Below are positions 25,592 to 32,881 of a stretch of DNA of 39,945 bases, one piece after another. The notes under the pieces are model-generated. The model did no database searches. It was not told the origin of the DNA and saw only the letters and a program-made list of their open reading frames with translations. This DNA comes from a virus. Location: positions 1 through 39,945 of IMG/VR virus record IMGVR_UViG_3300027822_000008; one strand, given 5' to 3'. Position 1 is the first letter of the stretch; every line of letters begins with the position of its first letter. The translations under genes were made by a program, and so were the position numbers.

Positions 25592-25702
25592 TCAATCTCT
25601 TGATGCCAGCACAATCATAATAATTACTGCTAATAGTATAGGCGTCCACATCCAGAACTCTGTACCTAAAATAGACTCTAGTGTTGATATCAACTCGCGC
25701 AT
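25592..25702 (-). CDS. 36-aa single-TM micro-protein
   Basis: Translation: MRELISTLESILGTEFWMWTPILLAVIIMIVLASRD. Its ATG overlaps the end of the upstream ORF by 13 nt. Below the track cutoff. Confidence 0.4.
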   Translation of the reverse strand: MRELISTLESILGTEFWMWTPILLAVIIMIVLASRD

Positions 25703-25896
25703 TCTAGCCACCCACCTCCACAGGGTTGTTGGTCATCTTCGCCTTCGTCATCCTGAAATTCCTCGTTGTGGCATCGGCATTCGCAGGGGCCTCCGTCCGC
25801 TTCGACCACTTCAGCAGTACACATGCCGAGGTTGTATCGATCTGCCCAGCAGACATAGGCGTCATCATCAAGACAGCAACAATTGGGGCTACTCAT
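25690..25896 (-). CDS. Small acidic Cys-rich protein
   Basis: 68 aa with 10 Cys and many Asp/Glu (...CECRCHNEEFQDDEGEDDQQPCGGGW...). Confidence 0.6.
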   Translation of the reverse strand: MSSPNCCCLDDDAYVCWADRYNLGMCTAEVVEADGGPCECRCHNEEFQDDEGEDDQQPCGGGWLECAS

Positions 25897-25915
25897 CGGC
25901 TAGGCTCCGGGGTGG

Positions 25916-26470
25916 TTAGGCAATCATATCTTTGAGCGCTTTCACATACCAAATATTGTCAATATCGGTATCCGTGATGACTTTCAGGTCTTCGGGTGAC
26001 TTGACTTCTCTCCACCACGATTCGTACCCCATAACGACACGGTTAAGATCAGGAACCCATATAGCGGGATTTCCCGCGCCAGAAGATACGGAAAGGATTT
26101 TTGTTTCCTTGCTATAACGAAGTAATGGTCTCGCTATTTCACCGATCAGAACACCAAGGAACGTCTTTCCTTTGTATTCATCGTCGACGAGTCGGATAGA
26201 TACCCAGACACCAGCTTTATGGAATAATGGTTTTCTGATGGTGTCGGCTTCATCAAAAACAATATGTGTTACGGGCCAGTCCCTTTCTTCTGGCAACGGG
26301 TCATATGCGCCCTCGCTAATGCAAGATCGAACCATACTGCCAAGGCTTTCAAGGTTGTCCTTTGATGACTCGCTGATAATGCGTTGGCAGGTGTGCTTAT
26401 ACTGATCTTCAGCAGCGTGCTTTTTCTCCAGAGCTTCGTCCAGAAGTTTCCTTGCTGTTTTTGGTGTCAC
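25916..26470 (-). CDS. Hypothetical protein
   Basis: 184 aa, GTG start with AGGAG 9-10 nt upstream. Confidence 0.65.
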   Translation of the reverse strand: MTPKTARKLLDEALEKKHAAEDQYKHTCQRIISESSKDNLESLGSMVRSCISEGAYDPLPEERDWPVTHIVFDEADTIRKPLFHKAGVWVSIRLVDDEYKGKTFLGVLIGEIARPLLRYSKETKILSVSSGAGNPAIWVPDLNRVVMGYESWWREVKSPEDLKVITDTDIDNIWYVKALKDMIA

Positions 26471-26497
26471 GTTTTCACACTCCTGTGGGTGGTGGGG

Positions 26498-26932
26498 TTA
26501 GGTGAATAGATCCCCATAATTTTCAATAGCAAGTTCTCGCGTCTCTCCGAAAGCGTAATTCCCTGATTCCTGCAAGTTCTCAAAATCTTCTCCAATACAG
26601 CACCACTGATTGCCATCCTTAATCACTTTTATGACCCACCACGGCCTATCAAGATGGCTATTGTTGCAAGTGTTGCAGACCCATGTCCCACCGTAAGGGA
26701 ATGCGAAACCATGCCTACATCCGCCATGAGATTGATGGAAGTTATGAATAGAATATATTTTCCCGGACTTAATCATGCTCTCTGCCAATTCCCAGCCTGC
26801 GTGACGTGCTCCGTCGGAGCGTTCATGCGGGTATTGAAATGTATCGTTGTAACTGTGCCCATAAATACGGGAATTAAAACCCGAGAAGGCCGCGCTGTTT
26901 GTAGTGCCTATGTAGTCTTGGGCTGTTTTCAT
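26498..26932 (-). CDS. Hypothetical His/Cys-containing protein
   Basis: Start moved to ATG 26932 (GAGGAAG 6 nt upstream, inside the 31-nt repeat), giving 144 aa. Confidence 0.65.
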   Translation of the reverse strand: MKTAQDYIGTTNSAAFSGFNSRIYGHSYNDTFQYPHERSDGARHAGWELAESMIKSGKIYSIHNFHQSHGGCRHGFAFPYGGTWVCNTCNNSHLDRPWWVIKVIKDGNQWCCIGEDFENLQESGNYAFGETRELAIENYGDLFT

Positions 26933-26959
26933 CACTGCTTCCTCTGTTGGGGTAGGGGT
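26929..26959 (-). repeat. 31-nt perfect direct repeat, copy 1 (translation-initiation region)
   Basis: On the minus strand it reads ACCCCTACCCCAACAGAGGAAGCAGTGATGA, identical to 27443-27473. Confidence 0.9.
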
Positions 26960-26976
26960 AACGTCAGGCATTGGGG

Positions 26977-27246
26977 TTAGGCTGAACCAGAACGTTCATG
27001 CTCTGGTGCGGGTTTAGCTCCACCCCACTCAGGACGGATTCCGGTTTCCGTTTCTATAATGTCCGATACGGCGTCACGCATCAGAGCCATAAACGCTTCT
27101 TTACGTGCTTCAACCGTGGCAATTCGCATGCGAATTGACCCGAGCATTATTGCGTCATCCATCGATTCAGGTAGCGCATAATATGCAACCCAGTTATCAC
27201 CTTCATGTCGCATTGAAAGCCGGCCGATTTGAGTGTGTCCTTTCAC
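26977..27246 (-). CDS. Hypothetical protein
   Basis: 89-aa ORF whose start overlaps the upstream stop. Confidence 0.6.
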   Translation of the reverse strand: MKGHTQIGRLSMRHEGDNWVAYYALPESMDDAIMLGSIRMRIATVEARKEAFMALMRDAVSDIIETETGIRPEWGGAKPAPEHERSGSA

Positions 27247-27446
27247 GTATGAGCCCTCGCTTTACGTTGAGCCTTACGCTTTTTCTTTTGGTCAGCACGG
27301 CCTTTGCGAGAGCGCGTTATCCCGGCTCCCCTCATTCTGTGAGAGTGCTGTTTGTCACTTTCAACCTGCCGCTGCTCAGCAGCGGCATCAAAAAGCCACT
27401 GCTCGCTTTCAACACTGAATTCCAATTGTTTATTTACTGATCTCAT
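27243..27446 (-). CDS. Small protein with a highly basic C-terminus
   Basis: Start moved to ATG 27446 (same repeat-borne RBS), giving 67 aa. C-terminus: RSRKGRADQKKKRKAQRKARAHT. Confidence 0.5.
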   Translation of the reverse strand: MRSVNKQLEFSVESEQWLFDAAAEQRQVESDKQHSHRMRGAGITRSRKGRADQKKKRKAQRKARAHT

Positions 27447-27473
27447 CACTGCTTCCTCTGTTGGGGTAGGGGT
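27443..27473 (-). repeat. 31-nt perfect direct repeat, copy 2
   Basis: Identical to 26929-26959, 514 bp away. Confidence 0.9.
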
Positions 27474-27481
27474 CATAGCCG

Positions 27482-27733
27482 CTACTTAACAACGCTCAGG
27501 GTTTTGTAATCAACACAAACCTTGTCGATATAGTCTTTCAGGTATTCATTAACAGGCTGTCCTTTGTGCTCTGTAATTCCAGCCTGAACACAGGCGTTTG
27601 TAAGTACCCCGACACCTTCAAGTAAAATGGCCAGATCAGCCCACGGGTCGTTAGCTTCTGGTGAGCGTGGCTTACCGACCATTACCCTGTTTGGCTTGGT
27701 ATCATCGTAGATAACTGTTATTTCATGCTTCAC
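27482..27733 (-). CDS. Hypothetical protein
   Basis: 83 aa, GTG start with GGGAG 9 nt upstream. Confidence 0.6.
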   Translation of the reverse strand: MKHEITVIYDDTKPNRVMVGKPRSPEANDPWADLAILLEGVGVLTNACVQAGITEHKGQPVNEYLKDYIDKVCVDYKTLSVVK

Positions 27734-27758
27734 TTCATTCGCTCCCTATGGGTGGCTA

Positions 27759-28778
27759 CTATAGTGCCTCGATTTGTTGGACATATTTCTTGGCTAGACC
27801 ATCGAGTTCCTGTAGCGCATCGACCTGAATGTCTCGCAGGCTCAAGTTATCCAGGCTCACCCCGTCAACAAACCGCAGCTTATTTAGCCAATCTATCAGT
27901 CGGTCTTTGTCAGGGCGCAGTGCTTCCTGCCGCGCCTCTTCGGCCTCTGCATCCAGCCGGCGCCGCTCGGTTTCCGCCTTCTCGCGACTTTCATTTTCAA
28001 GCCGTTCATTTTCCTTGCGGAGGCGCTCTGTCTCGGCACGTTCGCCAGCAAGCCGCTGCTCTTCTGCCTCGCGATTGCGTTGATCGATGGCCTCCTGTTC
28101 TTTGCGTTGCTCCTCGGCCTGCCTGTCCAGCGCCGCCTGCCGGTCCGCCTGCTCTTTGGCGACACGTTCTTGCTCCGCCTGACGTGACTCGAATTCCTTA
28201 CGGGCGGATAGCGCCTGCTCGAGTGTGGCAATAGTACCCCTGCAGGCTTCGTACGCCTGCTCTGCGTACTCAGCGAAGCGTGACACGTCAACCGACTCGA
28301 CTGCGTGGATATGAGCCTGGATCGCCACAGCGTCCTCGTATGGCTGCACGCCAGCCACTTGCTTGATGCCTTCGATCTCTGCCAGTATGCCCTTAATGCG
28401 GGCCTCTTCTGCTTCGCGGGCCTCTGTTGCTTTCCGCTCGGCTTCGTCGTCCGCTTCTTTCCGCAAGGCTTTAAGGCGGTTTTCTTCCGGGCTGATGATT
28501 CCGGTCAAGCGATCCTGCTCTGCGATAACTGCCTTGGCGAACTTGTTGGCGTCATCGCGCGCAGCCTTTCCGCTATTCTCAATGGATACCCGGACTTTCT
28601 TCAATTCGATTCCGGCACGCTTGACTAATTCATAGTCGTCGCCATCTTTGATCTCGGTGACATCGGCGTTCTTTTTCGCCAGTATGTTCAGTTGCTTTTC
28701 GGTGTAGTCAACAGACATCGCCTGTGCTGCGCGTTCGGCAATGGTCAGCTCGGTGGTGTTTTCTGCGGTGCTGGACAT
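27759..28778 (-). CDS. Long coiled-coil, Glu/Arg/Ala-rich protein of the recombination module (DUF1351-like?)
   Basis: 339 aa, immediately downstream of the exonuclease. The family name comes from memory of the N-terminal pattern and is low confidence. Plus-strand ORFs over this region are shadow ORFs. Confidence 0.7.
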   Translation of the reverse strand: MSSTAENTTELTIAERAAQAMSVDYTEKQLNILAKKNADVTEIKDGDDYELVKRAGIELKKVRVSIENSGKAARDDANKFAKAVIAEQDRLTGIISPEENRLKALRKEADDEAERKATEAREAEEARIKGILAEIEGIKQVAGVQPYEDAVAIQAHIHAVESVDVSRFAEYAEQAYEACRGTIATLEQALSARKEFESRQAEQERVAKEQADRQAALDRQAEEQRKEQEAIDQRNREAEEQRLAGERAETERLRKENERLENESREKAETERRRLDAEAEEARQEALRPDKDRLIDWLNKLRFVDGVSLDNLSLRDIQVDALQELDGLAKKYVQQIEAL

Positions 28779-28780
28779 AA

Positions 28781-29395
28781 TCAGAATTCCTGTAGTGTTT
28801 TATGGATTAGGTTCCGCTCAGCAATAACAGCCAGTAACTGCGCCTTGAGCGGTTCGATGATTCCTGGGTCTGGGAACTGGCGGATAATAAGCCTTGGCAG
28901 CCCCGGCCGATAAAACATAAGATCACACCACTTCCTTTCGGCAATCATCATCTGCCCCTGCGTCTGAGCGATTCGCCCGGGCGGCGTCTTGCCGTCCCTC
29001 TTCCACCTCAGCAGTGTAGGGATGTGCTCTTTCGGCAGACACTTGATTTCCACCATGCCGTCATCGCCAACCAGCCCATCGGGAGAGCATCCCCACCGCT
29101 CTAGATCGTCAGTAACAAATCCAACCCGCTCCACGGTGGTGCCAGTACCCATTTCATACGCCAGCCGCGCCAGTTCCTCGATCTCATGACCGTACTCGGT
29201 ATATTTGTTGCCGTTCCAGGTATCCAGCGGCCTTCCTGCATACAACTCGCCAGCCAGCTCAATGGCGTAGGGTTTCATGGACTTCGACGGAGTGCCGGTG
29301 CTGGTAATCAGCTTGCTAAAATTACTGGCGGTTGGCTTGCCTGCGCGCAGCGCCTCCCACTCCGGCGTATTCTGCTCAACGTTATGTATCTTCAT
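28781..29395 (-). CDS. YqaJ/lambda-exonuclease-like recombination exonuclease
   Basis: Start moved to ATG 29395 (ATGA overlap with the erf stop), giving 204 aa. Motifs: QNTPEWEALRAGKPTASNFSKL..., GCSPDGLV and VEIKC (PD-(D/E)xK). Confidence 0.85.
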   Translation of the reverse strand: MKIHNVEQNTPEWEALRAGKPTASNFSKLITSTGTPSKSMKPYAIELAGELYAGRPLDTWNGNKYTEYGHEIEELARLAYEMGTGTTVERVGFVTDDLERWGCSPDGLVGDDGMVEIKCLPKEHIPTLLRWKRDGKTPPGRIAQTQGQMMIAERKWCDLMFYRPGLPRLIIRQFPDPGIIEPLKAQLLAVIAERNLIHKTLQEF

Positions 29396-30222
29396 GACAC
29401 GGCCCCATGTTGTTTTATATTCGCCTTGATCTGGCGCAATACTTCGTTGCGGGCCTTCGCCGCTATCTGGCTGATGCCGTCTGCCTTCATGGCCGCTTTC
29501 AACCATGCAAGAAACTTCTGCATGTCCAGCTCGTTATCAATAATCATGGCGTGAATTTCGTTGGCCTGATCTTCGGTGATGTACTCGACAGGTTTAGCGC
29601 TTGCGGAATTGCCATCGTCGTCCTGATCCATAGAGGCAAGGCCAACTAATGAAAACGCGGTATAACGCTCCAGGTAGCTGATCGTGGAACCAATAGCCTG
29701 TATGCTGTTCTTGTTCCCCGAGGAATCTGGGGAGGCCGACAGAGATGTGGACTTACTGAATCCCATCTCATGCGCCAACACGCAAGTTACGGTAATCATC
29801 CCGCCGCCCTGCATGTCCTGTTTTGTTTCCCATGCCAGAGAGAGGCCGGCCTGACTCAGGAGTGGGTTGATGACCTCCAGCGCATAGCCCAGCGTCGTAT
29901 GACGGTACGATTTTGTACCACCGGCGTTCATTTCAAACGAAACCAGCTTATCTTTTTCAAGCCTGATCTCATGCTTCTTGAATTCTGACAGCGCCTTATG
30001 GAAAGCCTTCTCGGCTTCATTGCTTTCGTAATCCTTCTGAATTTCGAGTAGCTGTTTTAGCTTCTCTGTATCCAGACTGCCGTTCATTGCTGCCTGCACA
30101 AGCGGGGACAGTCCGGTTGTTTCTACAGGCGTCTGAACCAACGCGCGTTCCTGTGTTTCAGGAACCAACCCCTGTTCCGGTGTATCGTCTTCCGGTATAA
30201 CGTCTATTGCTTCATTGCTCAT
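29392..30222 (-). CDS. erf: ERF-family single-strand annealing protein
   Basis: 276 aa. YRHTTLGYALEVINPLLSQAGLSL...CVLAHEMGF...DSSGNKNSIQAIGSTISYLERYTAFSLVGL fits the ERF pattern. Confidence 0.8.
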   Translation of the reverse strand: MSNEAIDVIPEDDTPEQGLVPETQERALVQTPVETTGLSPLVQAAMNGSLDTEKLKQLLEIQKDYESNEAEKAFHKALSEFKKHEIRLEKDKLVSFEMNAGGTKSYRHTTLGYALEVINPLLSQAGLSLAWETKQDMQGGGMITVTCVLAHEMGFSKSTSLSASPDSSGNKNSIQAIGSTISYLERYTAFSLVGLASMDQDDDGNSASAKPVEYITEDQANEIHAMIIDNELDMQKFLAWLKAAMKADGISQIAAKARNEVLRQIKANIKQHGAVS

Positions 30223-30464
30223 GATCTCATATCCTCAAATATCTGCTCAGGAGTCACCTCGGGATTGTATACACCGATCAGCTCGTGGTGCCCGTCTTCC
30301 ATCCAGCGGCGGAACCTGGTTGAATTAATCCCGGCCCATTTAAAGTTGCGGCTATTCACACGAAGCACCGCAACAGGCCGATCAAGCTGTCGTATCGTTT
30401 CCACTAATTCGTAACAGTCGCCCAGCGTCCTCATATCGTATTGTTCGAATGAAAGCCTGCTCAT
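30219..30464 (-). CDS. Hypothetical protein
   Basis: 81 aa with ATGA overlaps on both sides. Confidence 0.6.
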   Translation of the reverse strand: MSRLSFEQYDMRTLGDCYELVETIRQLDRPVAVLRVNSRNFKWAGINSTRFRRWMEDGHHELIGVYNPEVTPEQIFEDMRS

Positions 30465-30679
30465 TCGACCTCTACAGCGGCTTTGCGTATTCCTTCTGCT
30501 ATTATTTCGAAAGTAATTGCTTCCTCATCTTCATCTTCAACTATCTCAGCTGCTTTTAGCATTCCTGCTCGGTATGCACTTTGTAGCCAGTGATATGGAT
30601 TCCCAGACAAATCTAGTTTCGTTGGGTTCTTTCCCGCTTGCTCCAGCCATTCATCAAACCCTTTGGGCGTATTACTCAT
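30461..30679 (-). CDS. Hypothetical acidic protein
   Basis: 72 aa, translationally coupled. Confidence 0.6.
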   Translation of the reverse strand: MSNTPKGFDEWLEQAGKNPTKLDLSGNPYHWLQSAYRAGMLKAAEIVEDEDEEAITFEIIAEGIRKAAVEVE

Positions 30680-30849
30680 GTTAACCTCAACTCCCGAAAA
30701 AGCCGTTCCAGTCCAGGCTTAGAAATAACCCCAGCAGAAGTGCGCACAGGGCGTCTCTGAGCGTCAGAAGACATAATCTGCAACGGGATAAGCTCGATGT
30801 CTTTCCCGTCATAGCGCGTTACTAAGCGGGCCTTGCTCATCAGTTTCAT
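30676..30849 (-). CDS. Hypothetical small protein (start uncertain)
   Basis: Several in-frame ATGs lie between 30840 and 30894. I chose 30849 (GGTGGA 5 nt upstream). It overlaps the end of the upstream ORF. Confidence 0.4.
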   Translation of the reverse strand: MKLMSKARLVTRYDGKDIELIPLQIMSSDAQRRPVRTSAGVISKPGLERLFRELRLT

Positions 30850-31012
30850 GATGTCCACCATTCCCATCGTCGGATGACAAAGTATCTGGCACATGGTTAG
30901 TCTCCAGTTTGTTTAACGTGCTGATTTGAGCTTTAAGATATGCAACACGGCAGGCGTGAAATGCCGCCTCGTGCTCTTTCATGCGCTGGCGGAGTTCGGT
31001 GTTGTCGTTCAT
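30809..31012 (-). CDS. Hypothetical small coiled-coil protein
   Basis: Start moved to ATG 31012 (ATGA overlap with the upstream stop), giving 67 aa: MNDNTELRQRMKEHEAAFHACRVAYLKAQ... Confidence 0.5.
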   Translation of the reverse strand: MNDNTELRQRMKEHEAAFHACRVAYLKAQISTLNKLETNHVPDTLSSDDGNGGHHETDEQGPLSNAL

Positions 31013-31314
31013 GATCTGGCCTTGACCGGCTTCGTCACATCCCGCCGAAGGTATCCGCTCAACTCTTCTTTGAAGTCTTGATCGCAAGTCTGAAAGCGGT
31101 CTTCGGGGGGTGGGTTGACGGGTTCGAGAACGCATTCGCAATACCAGTGGCTTTGGTCATCCTCCAGATCGAAGGCGTTGTGTGAGCCGCATGTTTCGCA
31201 ATTGTGTCTTTGGGCCTTACTCACTGTCTTTGATATTGTTCCGTTTAACCTGTTGGCATGCTCACCGTGCCCCGGCAAAACACGCACCACCATACCCCTC
31301 TCTATTCTACTCAT
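31009..31314 (-). CDS. Hypothetical Cys-containing protein
   Basis: Start moved to ATG 31314 (GGGAG 8 nt upstream), giving 101 aa. Confidence 0.6.
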   Translation of the reverse strand: MSRIERGMVVRVLPGHGEHANRLNGTISKTVSKAQRHNCETCGSHNAFDLEDDQSHWYCECVLEPVNPPPEDRFQTCDQDFKEELSGYLRRDVTKPVKARS

Positions 31315-31316
31315 CT

Positions 31317-31454
31317 CTAACACTCCCACTCTTCAACAACCACCCGGTTGTCGGTGATAAATCCAGCATATGCCGATAACCCATACAGGCACGCAAGCAT
31401 AACAATGAAGGCGAGCAGATAGGCTTTGAGGTCAGGCCAGAAGGTGTTTTTCAT
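31317..31454 (-). CDS. 45-aa single-TM micro-protein
   Basis: Translation: MKNTFWPDLKAYLLAFIVMLACLYGLSAYAGFITDNRVVVEEWEC. ATGA overlap with the upstream stop. Below the track cutoff. Confidence 0.45.
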   Translation of the reverse strand: MKNTFWPDLKAYLLAFIVMLACLYGLSAYAGFITDNRVVVEEWEC

Positions 31455-31783
31455 GCGAATCCCATTCCTTTTCTCACCAAAACCCAAAGATCATTACCTT
31501 GCCGCTGGTATTCGGCTTCGTATAAAGGAGCATAGAAATAGATTCGCCAGTCGTGATCCGGTTGCAGCTTTGCTATTGATTCCACATAACCAACAGTATG
31601 AGCATCGTCCTCTTCGTTGTTTATTTCTTGTTCGTTCCACAACTCAACTCCATCGCGTGAATAACCAGCAGAACCAAACCCCACGGCTATACCGCGATCC
31701 ATTTCAAGATCAGACCTCGCTCCACAGCCGCATGTTAGGCAAGCAAGAGAGCCTTCTACTGCTGGCAATTTTTCAAAGCTCAT
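31451..31783 (-). CDS. Hypothetical protein
   Basis: 110 aa, overlapping the upstream gene by 4 nt. Confidence 0.6.
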   Translation of the reverse strand: MSFEKLPAVEGSLACLTCGCGARSDLEMDRGIAVGFGSAGYSRDGVELWNEQEINNEEDDAHTVGYVESIAKLQPDHDWRIYFYAPLYEAEYQRQGNDLWVLVRKGMGFA

Positions 31784-32016
31784 GCCGCCTCCTCAGACTG
31801 AATTTCGCTAATAATCAACTTCACTGTTTCGTCGCTAAAGAGGTCGATCAGGTCAAGGTCTTCGCCCGATGCGTCCTGCATATAGATATGGTGGATATCA
31901 ACAAACTCGCCAGCAGGGGGTTCAATGTCAGAGCCGAAATACTCTTTGTAGTAGCTGTAAAGTACAGTAACCCCAAATTCTTTGCCCTTCGCCTTCAGAT
32001 AGATGGTGGTGTCCAT
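31780..32016 (-). CDS. Hypothetical acidic protein
   Basis: 78-aa ORF. Confidence 0.6.
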   Translation of the reverse strand: MDTTIYLKAKGKEFGVTVLYSYYKEYFGSDIEPPAGEFVDIHHIYMQDASGEDLDLIDLFSDETVKLIISEIQSEEAA

Positions 32017-32018
32017 AA

Positions 32019-32228
32019 TCAGCTCCGCTCAATGCGATAGAGTTCTTGGGTGAAGTCGGTGGGTGGCTCGGTAGTAACCAAGTATTTGGTTTTGCCGTTA
32101 TTGGCGCCCCAATTGCTGTAGCTACAACATGGTTTATATTCGTAGGCCCACCATTCCACACTGTTATCTTGCGCAATCAGCTCCGCCCAATCAGGAATAG
32201 GAACTTCAAATGTCAGTGTGTGGGTCAT
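32019..32228 (-). CDS. Hypothetical protein
   Basis: 69 aa with AGAGGGAAG upstream. Confidence 0.6.
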   Translation of the reverse strand: MTHTLTFEVPIPDWAELIAQDNSVEWWAYEYKPCCSYSNWGANNGKTKYLVTTEPPTDFTQELYRIERS

Positions 32229-32246
32229 GGCTTCCCTCTGGTGTGG

Positions 32247-32792
32247 TTAGCTAGATCGGGCTTTGCTTACAGCCGAGGTATAACTTTCAAGCCCAGCGCG
32301 GGTATTTGATGATGCGTAATTAATAGCATTGTCTTTCTGGATACCGAAGTGCTGCGCTGTTGCCCATGCGTCTTGATCGGCGGCAAGGAAAATCACATCC
32401 CAGCCGTAGTTTTTTTCATGGTCTGTGATAAGAAACTTGATAGTTTCTTGTGTAAACTCTTTGCTCGCGTTCTCAAATCCGTCCGTGAGAATAGCCATGA
32501 TGACTTTCTCAGGCTGTTCGCGAGAGAAGCGCTCCTGAACGTGCTTGAAGGTTTTGCCTATAGCATCACGTAAAGCTGTCATGCCGCCGCTAGGCCAGCC
32601 AGAAAGCTTTCCCATATTCTTGATAGAGCCTTCGTGACCAACTTCCCAGCCGTCATCGAACCAGACAAGCGTTAGATTGGCATCGCCAACTGCCTGCTGG
32701 TCTTCAAGGAATTTGTTGAAGCCGCCCACTGCATCATCTGCAACTGACTGCATGGAACCTGATTTATCAAGTACGCAAATAATTTCCTGCAT
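32247..32792 (-). CDS. von Willebrand factor A (vWA) domain protein with an intact MIDAS motif
   Basis: Start moved to ATG 32792 (AGAGAGGA 7 nt upstream), giving 181 aa. MIDAS elements: DKSGSM (DxSxS), GGMTAL (Thr) and ILTDGFEN (Asp). First gene of the leftward unit. Confidence 0.8.
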   Translation of the reverse strand: MQEIICVLDKSGSMQSVADDAVGGFNKFLEDQQAVGDANLTLVWFDDGWEVGHEGSIKNMGKLSGWPSGGMTALRDAIGKTFKHVQERFSREQPEKVIMAILTDGFENASKEFTQETIKFLITDHEKNYGWDVIFLAADQDAWATAQHFGIQKDNAINYASSNTRAGLESYTSAVSKARSS

Positions 32793-32835
32793 CTGTCTAT
32801 CCTCTCTGGTGGCTTGTTGATTGACCTTGAACACA

Positions 32836-32864
32836 AGTAAACCACTTACCGCTTGACAGGTCAA
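32836..32864 (-). promoter_or_regulatory. Leftward sigma70-like promoter candidate
   Basis: On the minus strand: TTGACC (32864-32859), 17-nt spacer, TTTACT (32841-32836). Confidence 0.4.
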
Positions 32865-32865
32865 G
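32852..32865. promoter_or_regulatory. 14-bp perfect palindrome CTTGACAGGTCAAG (candidate operator containing both -35 hexamers)
   Basis: Read directly from the sequence. TTGACA lies on the plus strand and TTGACC on the minus strand, both within the same palindrome. Confidence 0.6.
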
Positions 32866-32881
32866 TGCTTTATGTAATTAT
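32853..32881 (+). promoter_or_regulatory. Rightward sigma70-like promoter candidate giving a (near) leaderless transcript
   Basis: TTGACA (32853-32858), 16-17-nt spacer, TAATTA/AATTAT (32875-32881). ATG 32890 follows 8-9 nt later with no Shine-Dalgarno sequence. Confidence 0.4.

Noticed and set aside
27725-28234. 169-aa plus-strand ORF (also plus-strand 27829-28083, 28305-28628 and 28363-28635, and out-of-frame minus-strand 27896-28291) within the coiled-coil gene
   Set aside because: The plus-strand ORFs are antisense to the 339-aa minus-strand gene, and 27896-28291 is an out-of-frame overlap on the same strand. That gene's GAG/CGC-rich repeats keep the other frames open. The translations are Pro/Arg/Ala/Ser-rich low-complexity sequence.
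31426-32040. 204-aa plus-strand ORF
   Set aside because: It runs antisense across three minus-strand genes linked by stop/start overlaps, has no RBS, and its composition is implausible for a protein.
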